Assembly: GCA_000934665.2 (NCBI GenBank)
Contig: KZ538979.1
Location: 1 to 38,062, forward strand
DNA from: Catajapyx aquilonaris
Lineage: Eukaryota
DNA length: 38,062 nt
Direction: 5' to 3'
The notes under the pieces are model-generated. The model saw nothing but the letters and a program-made list of their open reading frames with translations, did no database searches and was not told the DNA's origin. Shown here one piece after another: positions 1 through 12,060 of the stretch; position 1 is the stretch's first letter; every line of letters begins with the position of its first letter. The position numbers and the translations under genes were made by a program.

Positions 1-480
1 ATTTACTAGTTACAGAAACCGCCGCAGTGGCGCTTTCCCATGTTAAACTCGCATAGACGGTGGCGACACTGCGGAATTTTTCCATGAGGCTCCGTAATCA
101 GCCGTGGGCTACTACTACCCTGTCTTCCAATCATTGCGCAATGAGAGTTCAGCAGCAATCCAGTCCTTCTTCCATGGCCATTACACGCCAATCAAACTCC
201 GCAAACTCAACACTTGGAAACCCACTTTGACCATCCCCACCAGAGTTTTACGACCCCTCCAAAAGGGCCCCCATCGTGCAATCATTTGCATTTTTTCGGT
301 GTAGCACATGACCCGCCCTTCAAGAGCCGCAATCCGGGTTTCCGTATACGACGCCATATAGACGCCTTCGAATAAGAGGGCATGGTCGAGAGTCCTCTAA
401 GAGCCCTGTATAAAAAGCAGTAAAAGGTTCGTTGGACAAAAAAAAAAGAAAGAGAGAGAGAAAAGGCAGCACACACTCAC

Positions 481-640
481 CTCCTAGATTACCCCTTCCT
501 TCTTCAATGTCCGCCCAGACGAGACATCCCACGCCCAGGAGACACACTCCGACCCCTAGAATGTGCACCAACTTGTAGCGCACCTTGAGCACCAACCAAG
601 ACAGTGCCAGCACCGTCGGGATAGAAAAGCAGTCCAGAAG
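481..640 (-). CDS. SLC35F2: SLC35F1/F2-family transporter, internal coding exon, 160 bp
   Basis: Long polypyrimidine tract ending cccttgcAG|CTT CTG GAC, and donor GGA G|GTgagt. Encodes LLDCFSIPTVLALSWLVLKVRYKLVHILGVGVCLLGVGCLVWADIEEGRGNLG, continuing the 'TS.QLLDCF.IP...LSW..L..RY' motif in phase 0. Confidence 0.96.
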
Positions 641-1851
641 CTGCAAGGGAAACAGAGAGAAGAAGAAAAAGAAAGAAAGAAGAGGACACTTCATAAGAGG
701 AGAGGCCATAAATTCCGGGCCCAAAGCACGGGGCCTGTCGTGATGAGATTCTCCCCGATTCATTCGAGGTGTAAATTGAACCAATCTCACGCCCCTCGGC
801 CTCATAAACCACGGTTCGCAAACGTACCCTTTTTTTTCGCAAAAAGGACTTTAAAAGGTTCTTCTAGGATAGCAGAAAAAAATGTCGGGGCGGAATAAAT
901 AAGAATATTTCTCCGGAGCATTACACCCTTGCTGCCATCAACCACCGGAATTGATGTTTTTTTTTTACTAAGACCGTTTTTTGGATGATTTTTTTTTCTC
1001 TCGCAAAGGTCTCAATCTGGAGTGTATTTCCGTATACTTCTTGCAATCTCCATGGGAGCGTAAAATTATTATTATTATTATGTGCCATTTTTTTCCGGTT
1101 GGATGTCCGGGAGGAAAAGAGAACGATCGCAAAACTTCCATTTTTGCTGCTAAAAATGAAGCGAATACCAGATTTAATGGTGTACCTGGAGCAAATAAGT
1201 CCCTCTGGACCGTATCAGTCGGCGACAGATATTTTAATGGGACGTTTTAATGCTCAAAGTTAGTCGAAATGGGGCGATGAACTTGGCGCTTCTGGCTTCT
1301 GCCTTATATACCTCCCACCGCGCATAAGTCTACATAATAACAAGTTATGCCGGAAACCCGTAAAATCATTCGCAAAAAAAACTCGCCGAGTCGACTCTTC
1401 AATACAAGTGTACAAGATGGAAGTCGAAAAGTTTGTGTCTCCTGCCCGGATAAGCGGCGCCCCGTCGAGGTAGTTTAGGAACTAGAGTATAGATGGCGTA
1501 AGATAACGCCAGCAGTCTTGGAAACACTTTTTTTTTTCTTCTTTTTCTTCTTCTTCTTCTCCGGTCGGAAACTCCGGGAAAGTTATGACCGCGGTTATAA
1601 CTCAGTAGGTGAAACTCGGTGGCCCATTATGCAGGAGCGTATAATGCCAAAATGGCAAGAGTTAATACCGCAGAGTGTGCTCAATGCACGGTTGGTATTA
1701 AGATTTTGATCCATTTCGGTGTCACGCACGTAACGAGTGGTACAGTCGCGGAAATGGGTATAAGGTGTAGCAGACCTGAAGCTCAAAATAGCCTCCAATC
1801 ATGAGGTAGCCTGCCTCTGAGGCTAATTTCTGACACATAGGGTTATGCAAC

Positions 1852-2414
1852 TAGAGGTGATATTATTACTAACGCAACCGAGTGCGCACCATAGTTCGCG
1901 CAGCCTGCACGGTTGGCATTATCAATAATAGTTGGTAAGCTAAAAAAATGTCACCTTTCTAAACAGAACATATTCAGTTTGCATAATTTTTTCCAAGGGA
2001 GCGTGTGCGCTATTAATTCTATGTGACATCACTTTGTGCAGGGTCCCTCAGGCAGGCCTATTACACTGTACATTTACAGTATGTTGGAGTTAAGTCCTCC
2101 TTTCATTAGAGAACGCACGTTATTCTAGAGGGAGCAATAAATTTGATTTGATTTGATTGGAATAATAGTTGGTGAGCTCTCTAGTGGGTGTACTGGCATA
2201 TACTGTAAGCGCTGCACTTATTTCCAACGCTACACTTGGGGGGAAACAATATGACCGACATTTGAAACGTTGCCAAACATCTGGAATAACCTTCAGAGGC
2301 TATTGGTGTGAATTATTTTTTGAACCCTGTAGGCAGTAACTCTAACAACAACGTTGGAGTTGCGTGAGTGTGGGTGCGCACTCGGTTGCTTTCGTCAACT
2401 CATAACAGCACTTC
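1852..2414. mobile_element. Degenerate non-autonomous TIR element (family A, copy 1)
   Basis: Inverted repeats aacgcaaccgagtgcgcacc (1871-1890) and ggtgcgcactcggttgc (2373-2389). The interior 2216-2355 aligns with 37259-37540. Ends are approximate. Confidence 0.7.
1942..2160 (+). mobile_element. 5'-truncated LINE 3' end or SINE with (TTTGA)n tail
   Basis: Ends AATAAA-TTTGA-TTTGA-TTTGA. Flanked by the 18-bp direct repeat AATAATAGTTGGTRAGCT (1924-1941 and 2161-2178, one mismatch). Confidence 0.7.
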
Positions 2415-2496
2415 AAACAGTTGTATGAACAGCATTATCCGCCGCCTCGGAGTGCAACAAAGCTACAGAGAGAGAGAGAAAAAAAGTTTGACCAAC

Positions 2497-2690
2497 CTGC
2501 GCACTGGTGAGGGTTGTGTAGTGGTAGGCCTTGACCACAAGGAAGTTGGCCTCTACATCCACCGCCGCCACCACCATGTATTTCCAACCTCTGTCCCTGA
2601 GCACTGGAATGAGGCCCCCGTCCCCCGTACGGCAAGCCAACCACGTGGTGTACACAGTGCACAGCAGGACGTAGCTCAGGAAATTCTGCG
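2497..2690 (-). CDS. SLC35F2: SLC35F1/F2-family transporter, internal coding exon, 194 bp
   Basis: Acceptor attatttcAG|CG CAG AAT and donor GCG CAG|GTtggt. Encodes (A)QNFLSYVLLCTVYTTWLACRTGDGGLIPVLRDRGWKYMVVAAVDVEANFLVVKAYHYTTLTSAQ, which contains the hallmark 'WKY...DVEAN...V.AY.YTTLTS.Q' motif. Confidence 0.96.
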
Positions 2691-3933
2691 CTGAAATAAT
2701 CAACACACAAAGCACAATGGGTTTTAATTCACTTTTGTTTTTTTTTGTATTCGTACTACACTAACTCAACATAGAATTCAACGTGTAGTACTACGCAGAG
2801 ACGGGTAAACATGAGGTGCTCTGAACGAAACGAATGCCAAACCACTGCTGGGAGGGTTGGGTAAAGGAAATTACGAAGGTTCGTCGCTCACTGAATTTAC
2901 AAGCAGGCAAATCGAGCTCCTTTCTCCGGGTTTTTGGAGCTTGTCGATGAAGCTGCCTGAGTTTTTTTTTTTTTCCCCCTCCGCTCTCTCGAAATATATT
3001 TTTTTTTGTAGGAATTGAGGGCTAGAGCACCCGAACTATATACCGCATGCCATTCCTGCACAACCGCAGACTCTTCATAATTGCCTTGCCAGTTGCATGC
3101 AGCCGCAGACTCATTCGTGATTCGCGGCTGTACTGCCAGGAGAGAGAGAGGGTTTGCTTTTACAGTGTATGGAAAAAAATATACTCAAAGCACTGTTGAC
3201 TGCACGTTCAATGGGAATCAAAAATTCATCAAGAGGACAAAATCGTACAAGTTGGCAGGATTTTTCCGACATCATCAGGCAGAAAACATTCATCGATTTT
3301 GAATTTCAAAAAATATTGGGACATTATTTCAAAAGTATTAATGTCTCACATTTTTCTGTGTCTGTATATATAGACCCCTTCAGTCTCAATATCAAATGTA
3401 AATTTTGTGCCTCACAGCCTCAGCACGACAGTTGCTCTCAAAAGCAAGTGCGCATATACCATGACGTTGAATTACCTTATGAATAGTCAATTAATTACAG
3501 ATTCAAGTTAGACCTCCTCAAATTTCCACCTCCAGGGATTTTCTTTAGTTTTCGAGGCTCCCGGATAGGTTTAAACTGCGCACAAGTAACCTTTTTTTTT
3601 TTCTTCCTCCCATCCAGTCATGAGTGTTGCAAAAGCTGAATTTGCATGGAGGGAATGTAATTAGGGAAAATTTGGAGGGAGGGCTGGAATTTGGCGGTGA
3701 GACTATCTGGTGCCTGAAGGCCCCCCTTTTAAAGATGGAGGAAGGCTCAGCAGGTCAGCCTCTATATAACTTATGCAACATAATTCAAGTTTACTGACAT
3801 GGGGACATATCACAGACAATTAGTGCATGACTGCACAAGTAAATATGGCTGAAAAATGCAGAATTGAACCGAATTTACAGGGAAAGCGAATTTGCCGGAT
3901 TAAACTGATGAGAAAAGTTTAAGATTGTTCTTA

Positions 3934-4152
3934 CGCTCTAAAAACATTAGAGTGATTTTTTTTCACTAAACCTTCTACCTCGATTGACCACTAACTTGAC
4001 TACTCTAGTAAAATATTTTCACTCAAACTGAGCGATATTCCACTCAATTTGAGTTAACGTTAATCTTTTCGGAGGTGAAATTTACTCAAAAGAGAGCATT
4101 TTGCGAAAGTGCTAAATTTTGAGTGAAATGTTCGCTCCCATTTTTTTAGCAT
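3934..4152. mobile_element. Possible degenerate MITE with CACTCAAA/TTTGAGTG internal repeats
   Basis: Starts cgctctaaaaac and ends tttttttagc. Several cactcaaa, tactcaaa and tttgagtg motifs occur in both orientations. The termini are eroded. Confidence 0.35.
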
Positions 4153-5431
4153 ATATTTCTCACCTCCACTGGATGAATGGCCGCATAATTTATCTCCTTA
4201 AAAAAAACGCAAATTTTTTTCCCTTCTTATCTCCTCCACCTTTCTCATCAGTATATCCGCCTCAAAAAAATGCCAGCTGGCAATAATTCAGTTGCCGAAT
4301 TCTCTAAATTGAAATGAACCTTTTTATAGACGAAGGGTTGGGTTCCGCCTTATCCCCCCCAAAAAATTAATTCCGATTCCTTCCCTTTACTACACCCCCA
4401 CATCTCTCAGCAAAGGTTTTTGTGGAGTATCCGGGAATAACTAACCGAGAAGCTCCTGGATGAGTGATGATAGAACCGGAAGAAATTCGCGTGCTGTTTC
4501 TCAGCAGGATTAATCCCAAGCGCACATCTTGGCGGAATAAGGAAGATCGGGAGGGCGAAAAGAAATTAGGTTAGAACCGCGGTTCAAGATATTTCTTCAT
4601 TCGGTCATATTCTAATGGAGGGAACCTAGGCGAGGATTCGAGGGTGAAAAGGACCGGAAACCCGGAAAAAAAGGGGTAAAATGAAACGGCGGAGACTCTT
4701 CTTCTTTCCTTAGTATTATTCATGAGATTGTTTCCAGCCAAACCCTCCCGGATATTGACTCGGGTTGAAACCGATCTCATGCTGCGAAAAAAAATCTGAC
4801 TTTTCACACATATTCAAATAGAGAGACGAAATATACATATATCAACTTGGAAAATATGCAAATCTAATAAATGCGTTTCGTTACCTGCGCTTTTTACGGA
4901 TTTTCATCAGTTCCGATTGGAGTTGAAGCGGTGGAAATTGAGAAATGCAAGTGCGAATTGAAGCGACCCTATATCCCAAAAAATCACGGGTTGTCAGTGC
5001 TCATAAATCAATCTCAATATTAGGTGTGGCAAATTATGACAGATGCAGAGGGGATGGAAATTTTGCATGGGGCGATGCATAATTCAGACCAATTCTGCGA
5101 GGTTCTACGTCCGAAAAAAAATCACTGATGATCCTGTTCGATTTATGAAATCATCAGTTGGGATTGTTGTTTTTTTTTTTTAAAAAAAAACAGTTTTTCT
5201 CTCAGGGCTATAGATGCGGAATCCGGAACAAACAATGAATGCTCTGTTGAGAAGCTAGTAATTAATTAACAGATTGCAGGGGCATCCTACTAGAAAGCTT
5301 CACGTCCATAACTCTCAGAATCCATTCTACCTGGGAATGACCCTCTAGACCCCGAAACGGCCTTTTTGCAAGACTCTTCCCATTTGACCCCACACAACTC
5401 TCCTTTAAGTTTCTGAGAGAGGCGAGCTGGC

Positions 5432-5467
5432 GAAGAAGAACGAAGAAGAAGAAGAAGAAGAAGAAGA
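5432..5467. repeat. (GAA)n microsatellite
   Basis: gaagaagaac followed by a GAA run. Confidence 0.9.
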
Positions 5468-7941
5468 GCAGTGGCAGCAAACTACCTGCTGCGAAAAGAG
5501 CGATGGCTGTAAATTAGGAGGCGCCAGACTTGGTGTGGGTCCAACCTATCTGCTTAATTGGATGGAAGGAAACAGGGTTGGGAGGGGAGAAAAGGGGTTG
5601 AAGAAAAGGGGCCTTTGCAGCTGACGAATTTCGTTGGAAGCTTCCTATAATCCTACGGACTTTGGCGGCTGCTTCGTTTCCAGAACACCAGCTGCCTTTG
5701 GAGCTCAGATTCCACCTACGATCTTCCTAAGTGGTTTCTCACATCCGCCTTTTTTAAAAAACTACAATTAACAATATTCACGTACATGCGAAATCAACAT
5801 AATGAGCAGAATTTCCCCAAAAGCACACAGAAACGGTTTTATTAATATCAGAGCCTCATTATCCTCCAACATTGACGTGCTCGATGAAAAAAAATATGAA
5901 AATATCCCTTTTGTACTGTACTCTATACAATCGGTATGAAAAGCCTTGCCTCAATCAAACGCGAGCAATGTTTGACTATTTTGTTTCGGAATGAGCATCA
6001 ATAATTCCCACAAAGTCCATCAATCAAGGCCCGAGCTCCGCGTTCAGCATATATTCGCCCTTTACACGGTTTTTCAACTGGAATCTAGGATTACTGCTCG
6101 ACTGTACGACTTCCAACGGGTATATATACAGCGGCACAATTGTGCATCCATGCGACGTGGGTTTTAGAACCGGGGACTATCGACACGGAACCTTTTGTTC
6201 GACTCAATACTTCTAATCCGGGGTACCAGCAAAAAAAGGGGGGTAGAAAACCGAAATTTTCTCTAATGCAAAGCAACAGTCAGGAAAATCCTTTCGGAAC
6301 GGGAACACAATTGCTACAAACCTGAGGGGCGTCGTACCCTCTAATTTATTGAAACCCGACACACACAAAAATCTGGGAAACAACACACGGAACCGCCTCT
6401 GTGTGTGTGTTTTTTTTGTTCCTATAACGAAACGCGATTAAGAGGATAATCGAATTTACCAATGGGTGGCCACAAAAAGGATCGAGGAACAATCGACATT
6501 ATGAGCTGAAATTCATAACTTGGGCTGCAGCTATTGTCTCGTCGTTTTTTTTTTTTTTGCAATATAATTTTTTTTGGCCATCCCCCTGATTAATTCTGCT
6601 ATTGGTTCAATTCGTGCTCAACTGTTCGTGGATAAATCCCCCAGTCTTTGCAGGATTTCAGCTGGAACTCGGTAAACTTCGCAAATTTCCACGCTTTTCC
6701 AAACCTGTCAAACTGCAGTGCCGTGAAATTACGCGTTATTTTCCGGGGCACAGAATAACCCAATAATAGCGCGATTGAAAAGTTTGTTCTCTACTCTCGA
6801 TATATGCTTTTCTCTCTCTCTCTGCAATAATGCAGCAGTCGACCCAATTATTCTATTGTTCCAGCTTAAAGCACATCCAAAAAAATAATTGAAAATGTTG
6901 GACGTATAGAGAATCGATTCACAGAGAGTAACCTGTAGAATTTTGGTTGAATGATTCTCTCAATAATTAATATAGGTTGTGGAACTGCCCAATTTCTGTC
7001 TATCTGTTTAATTACATCTCATTCGAAACAGGGAGAGTCAGAAAGGCTCTATGATTTTCTTTTTATACTTCTCATCAATTAAGCCATCCTGCACATAACC
7101 ATTCCTTTATTTCAATCTTAGCAAAAGGGGCCGTTCGCCAACTTACGCCTTCATTCCCTCGCTTCCGTGATGGCTGGCAATTGGCGAAGTTTCCGCCGAA
7201 AAAGGTCTAGCCATGCAATATAAGCAGTTGTGTCTGGAACCTTGAGGGGAAAGAGAGGAATTTGAATGCCGAGAGAGGAGCAAAACGTGCCTTTGCCCCT
7301 CTGGAGGCTGCAAGTTTTGCGGTGACAGATCTAGGCTCCAAATGACCTGGTCTCCTCGTCTGAGTGCATATAACAAGTTGTATGCCGCTTGTCGTTATGT
7401 CACTTTGCCTTAGTCTCCAAGTGTCCATTCAGCAGCGTCCCCTCGCGCTGTATCTCACCTTAACTTGTTTGCCACGCCTTCCCAAGCGATGCTCAACGTG
7501 TCACATTCATTACCAACAGTCTCTAATATTGGGGGAGAAGCTGCCTTCCCAAGCCTTATACTCCCAACACGAACTATTCCTCCCAGGGATAGATATATAC
7601 TGCCTCCCATTTTTGCAAAAAACCCCCCCATGGCGCACGTGCGACTCAAAAGCGCCTCCTATTATCATCATCGCTCGTTTTTTAGGCCCACCAACCCGAA
7701 AGAGAAGAGAGAGAGAAAAAAACGCCTCCAATGTTCCAATATCTCAACCCGAGCCTATTTTCCCTACAATATTACCCCCATCGTGTGTGCTTTTCTTTGA
7801 GCCGCACAATGCACTGGGAGAGCAGGTGTTTCCCATCAATCCTTTCCCGGTTGCTCCGGTTCAAAAAGGGCAATCCCGCTTAAAGGACAGGATCGAAGGG
7901 GATGAAAAATTCGACAACACTCTATATGCTTCACACTACTC

Positions 7942-8256
7942 TCTATATATTTATATTATAAAATTGAAAGTTTGTTTGTACGCGTTTGTCAGGGCTTACT
8001 AACTCACTGCCAGACTACACAGGGTTATGAAACTTGGCACACTGATAGTAAGCCGGGCAGCGATTGAGGGAAATGTCCGAAAGCCACACTTTTTGGGCAT
8101 AAATCCCCCAAAATTCAGGATTTTTTTGCTGATTTTTGAGTTTGGAGTTCCGATATATGACACCGGATGGCGTTGGCGACCAGTTTTGGGTAAGTAAGCC
8201 TCCTGCCGCACGCAACAGATGGCGTGGGCATGCACTGCCTCTGGTCGCATGTGTGT
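7942..8256 (+). mobile_element. Helitron-like (Lep1-type) 5' end
   Basis: TCTATATATTTATATTATAAAATTGAAAGTTTGTTTGTACGCG...ATGAAACTTGGCACAC resembles the 5'-TC terminus plus GTTT microsatellite of arthropod non-autonomous Helitrons. No 3' CTRR end was found. Confidence 0.55.
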
Positions 8257-8937
8257 AAACAAGATTGGCAAATCAAGCGAGCGGGATTCGAGTATACTTT
8301 TTCTCATTGGGCAGATAGAAATGATGCTGACGACACTATGCCATTCGAATAGGACAACAATGACATTGATTATTGCCAGTCTCATTTCCCGTCGCCAAGG
8401 AACGCGAGGAAACTAATATACAGGGTGTTTCAACTTTTTTGTCCGAACAGTTATCGGAAAATTGCATGTAGCGGCTACTTTGTAAGCAGTGACTTGCAAA
8501 CGGTGATTTTTTGGAGGAATGAGGAATGGGGAAAAAAGAGGGTCACACATCCCATGGCATGTGCGACCCTCAATTTTCAGCGGACAGCACGTATGCCACT
8601 TCAACCTACGATTCGCAGGGAATATTCCCCGTTCCTCCGAAAAATCACCGTTTGCAAAGTCACTGCTTACAAAGTAGCAGCTACGTGCAATTTTACGATA
8701 ACTGTTCGGACAAAAAAGTTGAAACACCCTGTATTTCTGTATCATACCGTTTGACTTTGGCGGATAGTAAAATCGAGAAACCGGAAGTGGTCGGCCACCG
8801 GATGTTGACCGTGAAACCTATTTAGGCAGCTGAATCCGAAACCCGTTTGTCGTTATCTCTTTCAGTTTGGGATACCTGTCCACAGACAGACAGCCGTTCT
8901 ATATAATACTTTTTTTTCCTAGAGAAAAAAAGTCTAA
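8257..8937. mobile_element. DINE-1/HINE-like (Helentron-associated) non-autonomous element, copy 1, interrupted by a MITE
   Basis: AAACAAG terminus, subterminal inverted repeats (actttttctc ... gagaaaaaaagt), ACAG microsatellite at 8882-8893 and a terminal T-run/A-run hairpin. Colinear similarity to 30261-30595. Confidence 0.7.
8421..8731. mobile_element. Tc1/mariner-type MITE, 311 bp, TIRs of about 107 bp, TA TSD
   Basis: TA|CAGGGTGTTTCAACTTTTTTGTCCGAACAG...CTGTTCGGACAAAAAAGTTGAAACACCCTG|TA with near-perfect arms. Absent from the paralogous host at 30.3-30.5 kb. Confidence 0.93.
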
Positions 8938-11896
8938 TACGAGTACAATTTATTTGTTTCACCAGTAGTTCCAATAATGTTGGGCAACTTTACCTCCTGA
9001 TGAAGTTACGTGGCCAGAAGCCTTAACCTTGAACTAACATCAGATTCCGAAACACCTCCCGTAAATTTCGTCACTTGGCCCCGAAACAAAAGGGGGGTTG
9101 AGCCTGATGGGGGTGATTTTGTATTTAGGCTAGCCTCTCTCCCCCCTTTCCAAGCCATTAGAGGGTGTCCATAAATTAGGCGGCGCGGGCCATATTCGAG
9201 GGCTGCGACATGGCCGCACACAAGACTACTATCAAGTTCAAAGATAGGGTTGGTTGGTTAGGTTAGAGAAGAGCGGGGGGAGGTGATTGGCCCCCGTTCT
9301 TCGTGGCCTGCTACCCGATAAGAGGAAGAGCCGCTGTTTTTCGCCTCCCCACGACCAATTACGGGCTGACACCCAGCACGAGTTATTAGCTTTTTCCAAA
9401 GGCGGCCTAATCGGGAGCCTCTTTTGTTGTGCCGAGCGAAAGGGGGTTATAATATACCCAGGGTAACTGGAGGATGTCTCGTCGAGGGGCGCTGATGCCT
9501 CCTAGTTATCTAATAGACTATGTTTGGCGAGGGAAGCTGAGGGAGAAGAGCTATTTCCTCTCCTTTTTTTGGTGGAAGAGGAGGCAACAATGGGAGGTCG
9601 ATCGGATACCATGAACTTGCACCTTGCCATTTTGATTTTTTAAGCAATTAACAGGCTGATATTGGGGTTTTAAGAGGATGCTAAAACACTTCCACGGACA
9701 TCAGAGGTTAGTGAAAGTCAACGAGGCACTGTGTACAGTCCTGTCATTGTGTTTCGAAAGGGTTACAGTATCCCAGTGAGTCCTGAAGTAAAAAAGGGAA
9801 TATTTGCATAGAAAAAAAGGCCAATTTAGGTTCTAACAACTCAGAGCTAGGAGCTGGAGGGCATGAAATGGGCAATTATAGGAATATATTAAAAACTACA
9901 GCATTATTGTACAGTACATGACTGTGCACAAAGCGGCAGGATATTATTTACTGAAAACCTTTTATGGCCTTTCACCTGCACTATTTATGAATTCTCAAAG
10001 TTATGTAACTGCGAATGTGAACATGGCCTGTGAGTTAAAATTGGGTTAAAAAGGGAATAATAATATTTTGGCTGTTCCAAAAATATACTGCTTAGTGCAA
10101 AAACTCGATTCAAAACCGGATTTTGTGTTCCACTTTTTCAAGAAAAAAAAAATTTGGTCAAAATTTTGGCTCCAACATTTTCTCCGAGTGTTAGAACGAG
10201 ATTCAAAATTTCAGGGCCATCTTTTGCTTCCTCCTTGTTCTTCCTTCGTTAATATTTTGGCTCGACCTCTCTCCTGAGGTTGCTCTGGGCCTGCAAAAGA
10301 GCTCATTTGCTCAGCAGAACTCGCAGCTTTTCCAGCAGCAGACGACTAGAATATCCCCGGCTGGAAAACATCCAATAGCGGAATTAACGAGTTGAAACTA
10401 GAAGGTCGTGGGGGGGGGGGGAGGAGGAGGCTTCTGTTTTTGCTACCGGTTTTTGAGGCCAGGGCCAGGTTTTGTAATGGACTCCTGTGTACCTTGGATG
10501 CTGCTCCCGGAAACGGATGCTGGGGGCCCCTCACCCTGTAAAATGAGACGCCGAGAGACAAAAGTCAGCAGACGCCCCGGATTGTTGCGCTTTCAATAAT
10601 TGCACTCCCTTTCCTCTTGCATTCGTAAATTACTTACCAGATCCAATTACTGGGTGGGGGGGCGGCGGAGAAACACGAGTCCCCCAGCCACTGGCAAATT
10701 CCTCTTATAACCGTTTTGTTTAATGGTTTTAAAGTTTTTCTATAGCCTGGCAACTTTTCCCCCTCAAATACTCTGGATAATTACATCACGCTAATGAAAC
10801 TTGAGACGGAGGCTCATCAAAAGCAATGCTAAGTTTGCATTTTCTTGCAAACGGTTGATTGCAGCAAGTGGTGCAAGTTCACCCATTCACAATATGATCG
10901 GATTACTCCAGCAGCAGGCTGTACCAAGTAGTTATGATTCATAGAAAGGAAAAAAAAGCGGTCCTCCTGAAAAACTCTTCCAATTCATACTCCTTTATCG
11001 GATCCGATCCAGACATTGTAAATATCCCCGCAGTGGGAAGGTAAACTAAAGCTTTTCGAAGGAAAGAGCGGACGGAGATAAAGAAAACCGGGGGCAAGTC
11101 CTCGAGAAGAATAGGACCTCCCAGAACCATCCAGAAAGAGAATCTGCTCCTTTCACAGTCATCGCCCCAGCAGAAAATGTGACTGCTTTAATGGATTCAG
11201 GGGAAATTAATAGTAAATTCAGTGGGATGGTAGGGAGGGAGGGGGATTTTCCAGTTGCAGAGGCTGTGAATGGAAAGAATAAGAGAGAACACTCGTGGGC
11301 TGGAGCACTTTGCACTTCATTTTCAAGAGGGGGGACCCTCTCTCCGGAGAATTATCCGGAGGTCGTTGGGTGATGATCGGACATTCCCCGAGAGCATTAC
11401 CCTCCTCGCACCCTCAACGGTTTTTTTTTCTTTTTCGCAAGCCCCATTACTCCAGAGGACTCATCTCGTAGAAAACGGGCTTGCCGATATTTACACAGTG
11501 CACCCTCTTTACTTATCCGCCCAACGATTTCCAATCATTTCGAGTCTAATTTACAGCATATTGTAAGCCCCCCGAATAGCTCCTGTTTATCGCTGGAGCT
11601 GCTGCCAATGATAGAGTCGTAAAGCAACACTTAAGAGGATGGGTGTAATAGATGACCCAATCCAAATGGCAAGGGGGTGAAAAAAAAATATATGGGCCAC
11701 TCAACACACCCGATGTGATTCAGTGTATTGAAATGTGTCGAGTCATCAGGATCGAATATTGACAAGGCGATCAGCATCAGAGTCAGCTGTGACAAAGTGT
11801 CCAAACAAAATAGTACAGAATTCACCTATAGGTAGTAGTTACCATAGCTTTCACTTCTGTCCTCTAATAATTGTTGAACGGGGAAAGTAGTATAGC

Positions 11897-12060
11897 GCCT
11901 TGGTGGACTTTGTCCGCGAGGTGACTCATCACCAACGTGCATGTAGTACTACTTTTTCCCTGACAGTGGCAGAAGTGTGCTATGCTCCAACTGGTAGTGG
12001 ACTGTCGTTCTACTGTACGTCCAAGTGGGGGTTGAGCCAAGCAGTGGTGTCAAAATTCGC
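11897..12060 (+). repeat. Interspersed repeat family C, copy 1
   Basis: Reverse-complement similarity to 33472-33604, including the identical 23-mer GGTGACTCATCACCAACGTGCAT (11920-11942 and 33562-33584). Confidence 0.75.

Larger units (their letters stand above)
641..2496 (-). other. GT-AG intron of the SLC35F gene (1856 bp, phase 0)
   Basis: Bounded by the GTTGGT donor at 2496 and the polypyrimidine/CAG acceptor at 641. Confidence 0.9.

Noticed and set aside
320..805. Full 161-aa ORF and the 2413-2715 ORF as standalone genes
   Set aside because: Only the splice-bounded cores are SLC35F-like. The extensions are intron read-through.
7330..7440. Minus-strand TLLNGHLETKAK*...TTCYMHSDEET resembling a LINE zinc-knuckle region
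   Set aside because: Key Cys/His residues are missing and the match is too weak without a database search.
7364..8002. 212-aa ORF
   Set aside because: It has a non-ATG start and no recognisable domain, and it crosses simple repeats and a TE boundary.
8413..8754. Near-identical ORFs on opposite strands (also 18510-19052)
   Set aside because: These are artefacts of palindromic MITEs and show no transposase motifs.
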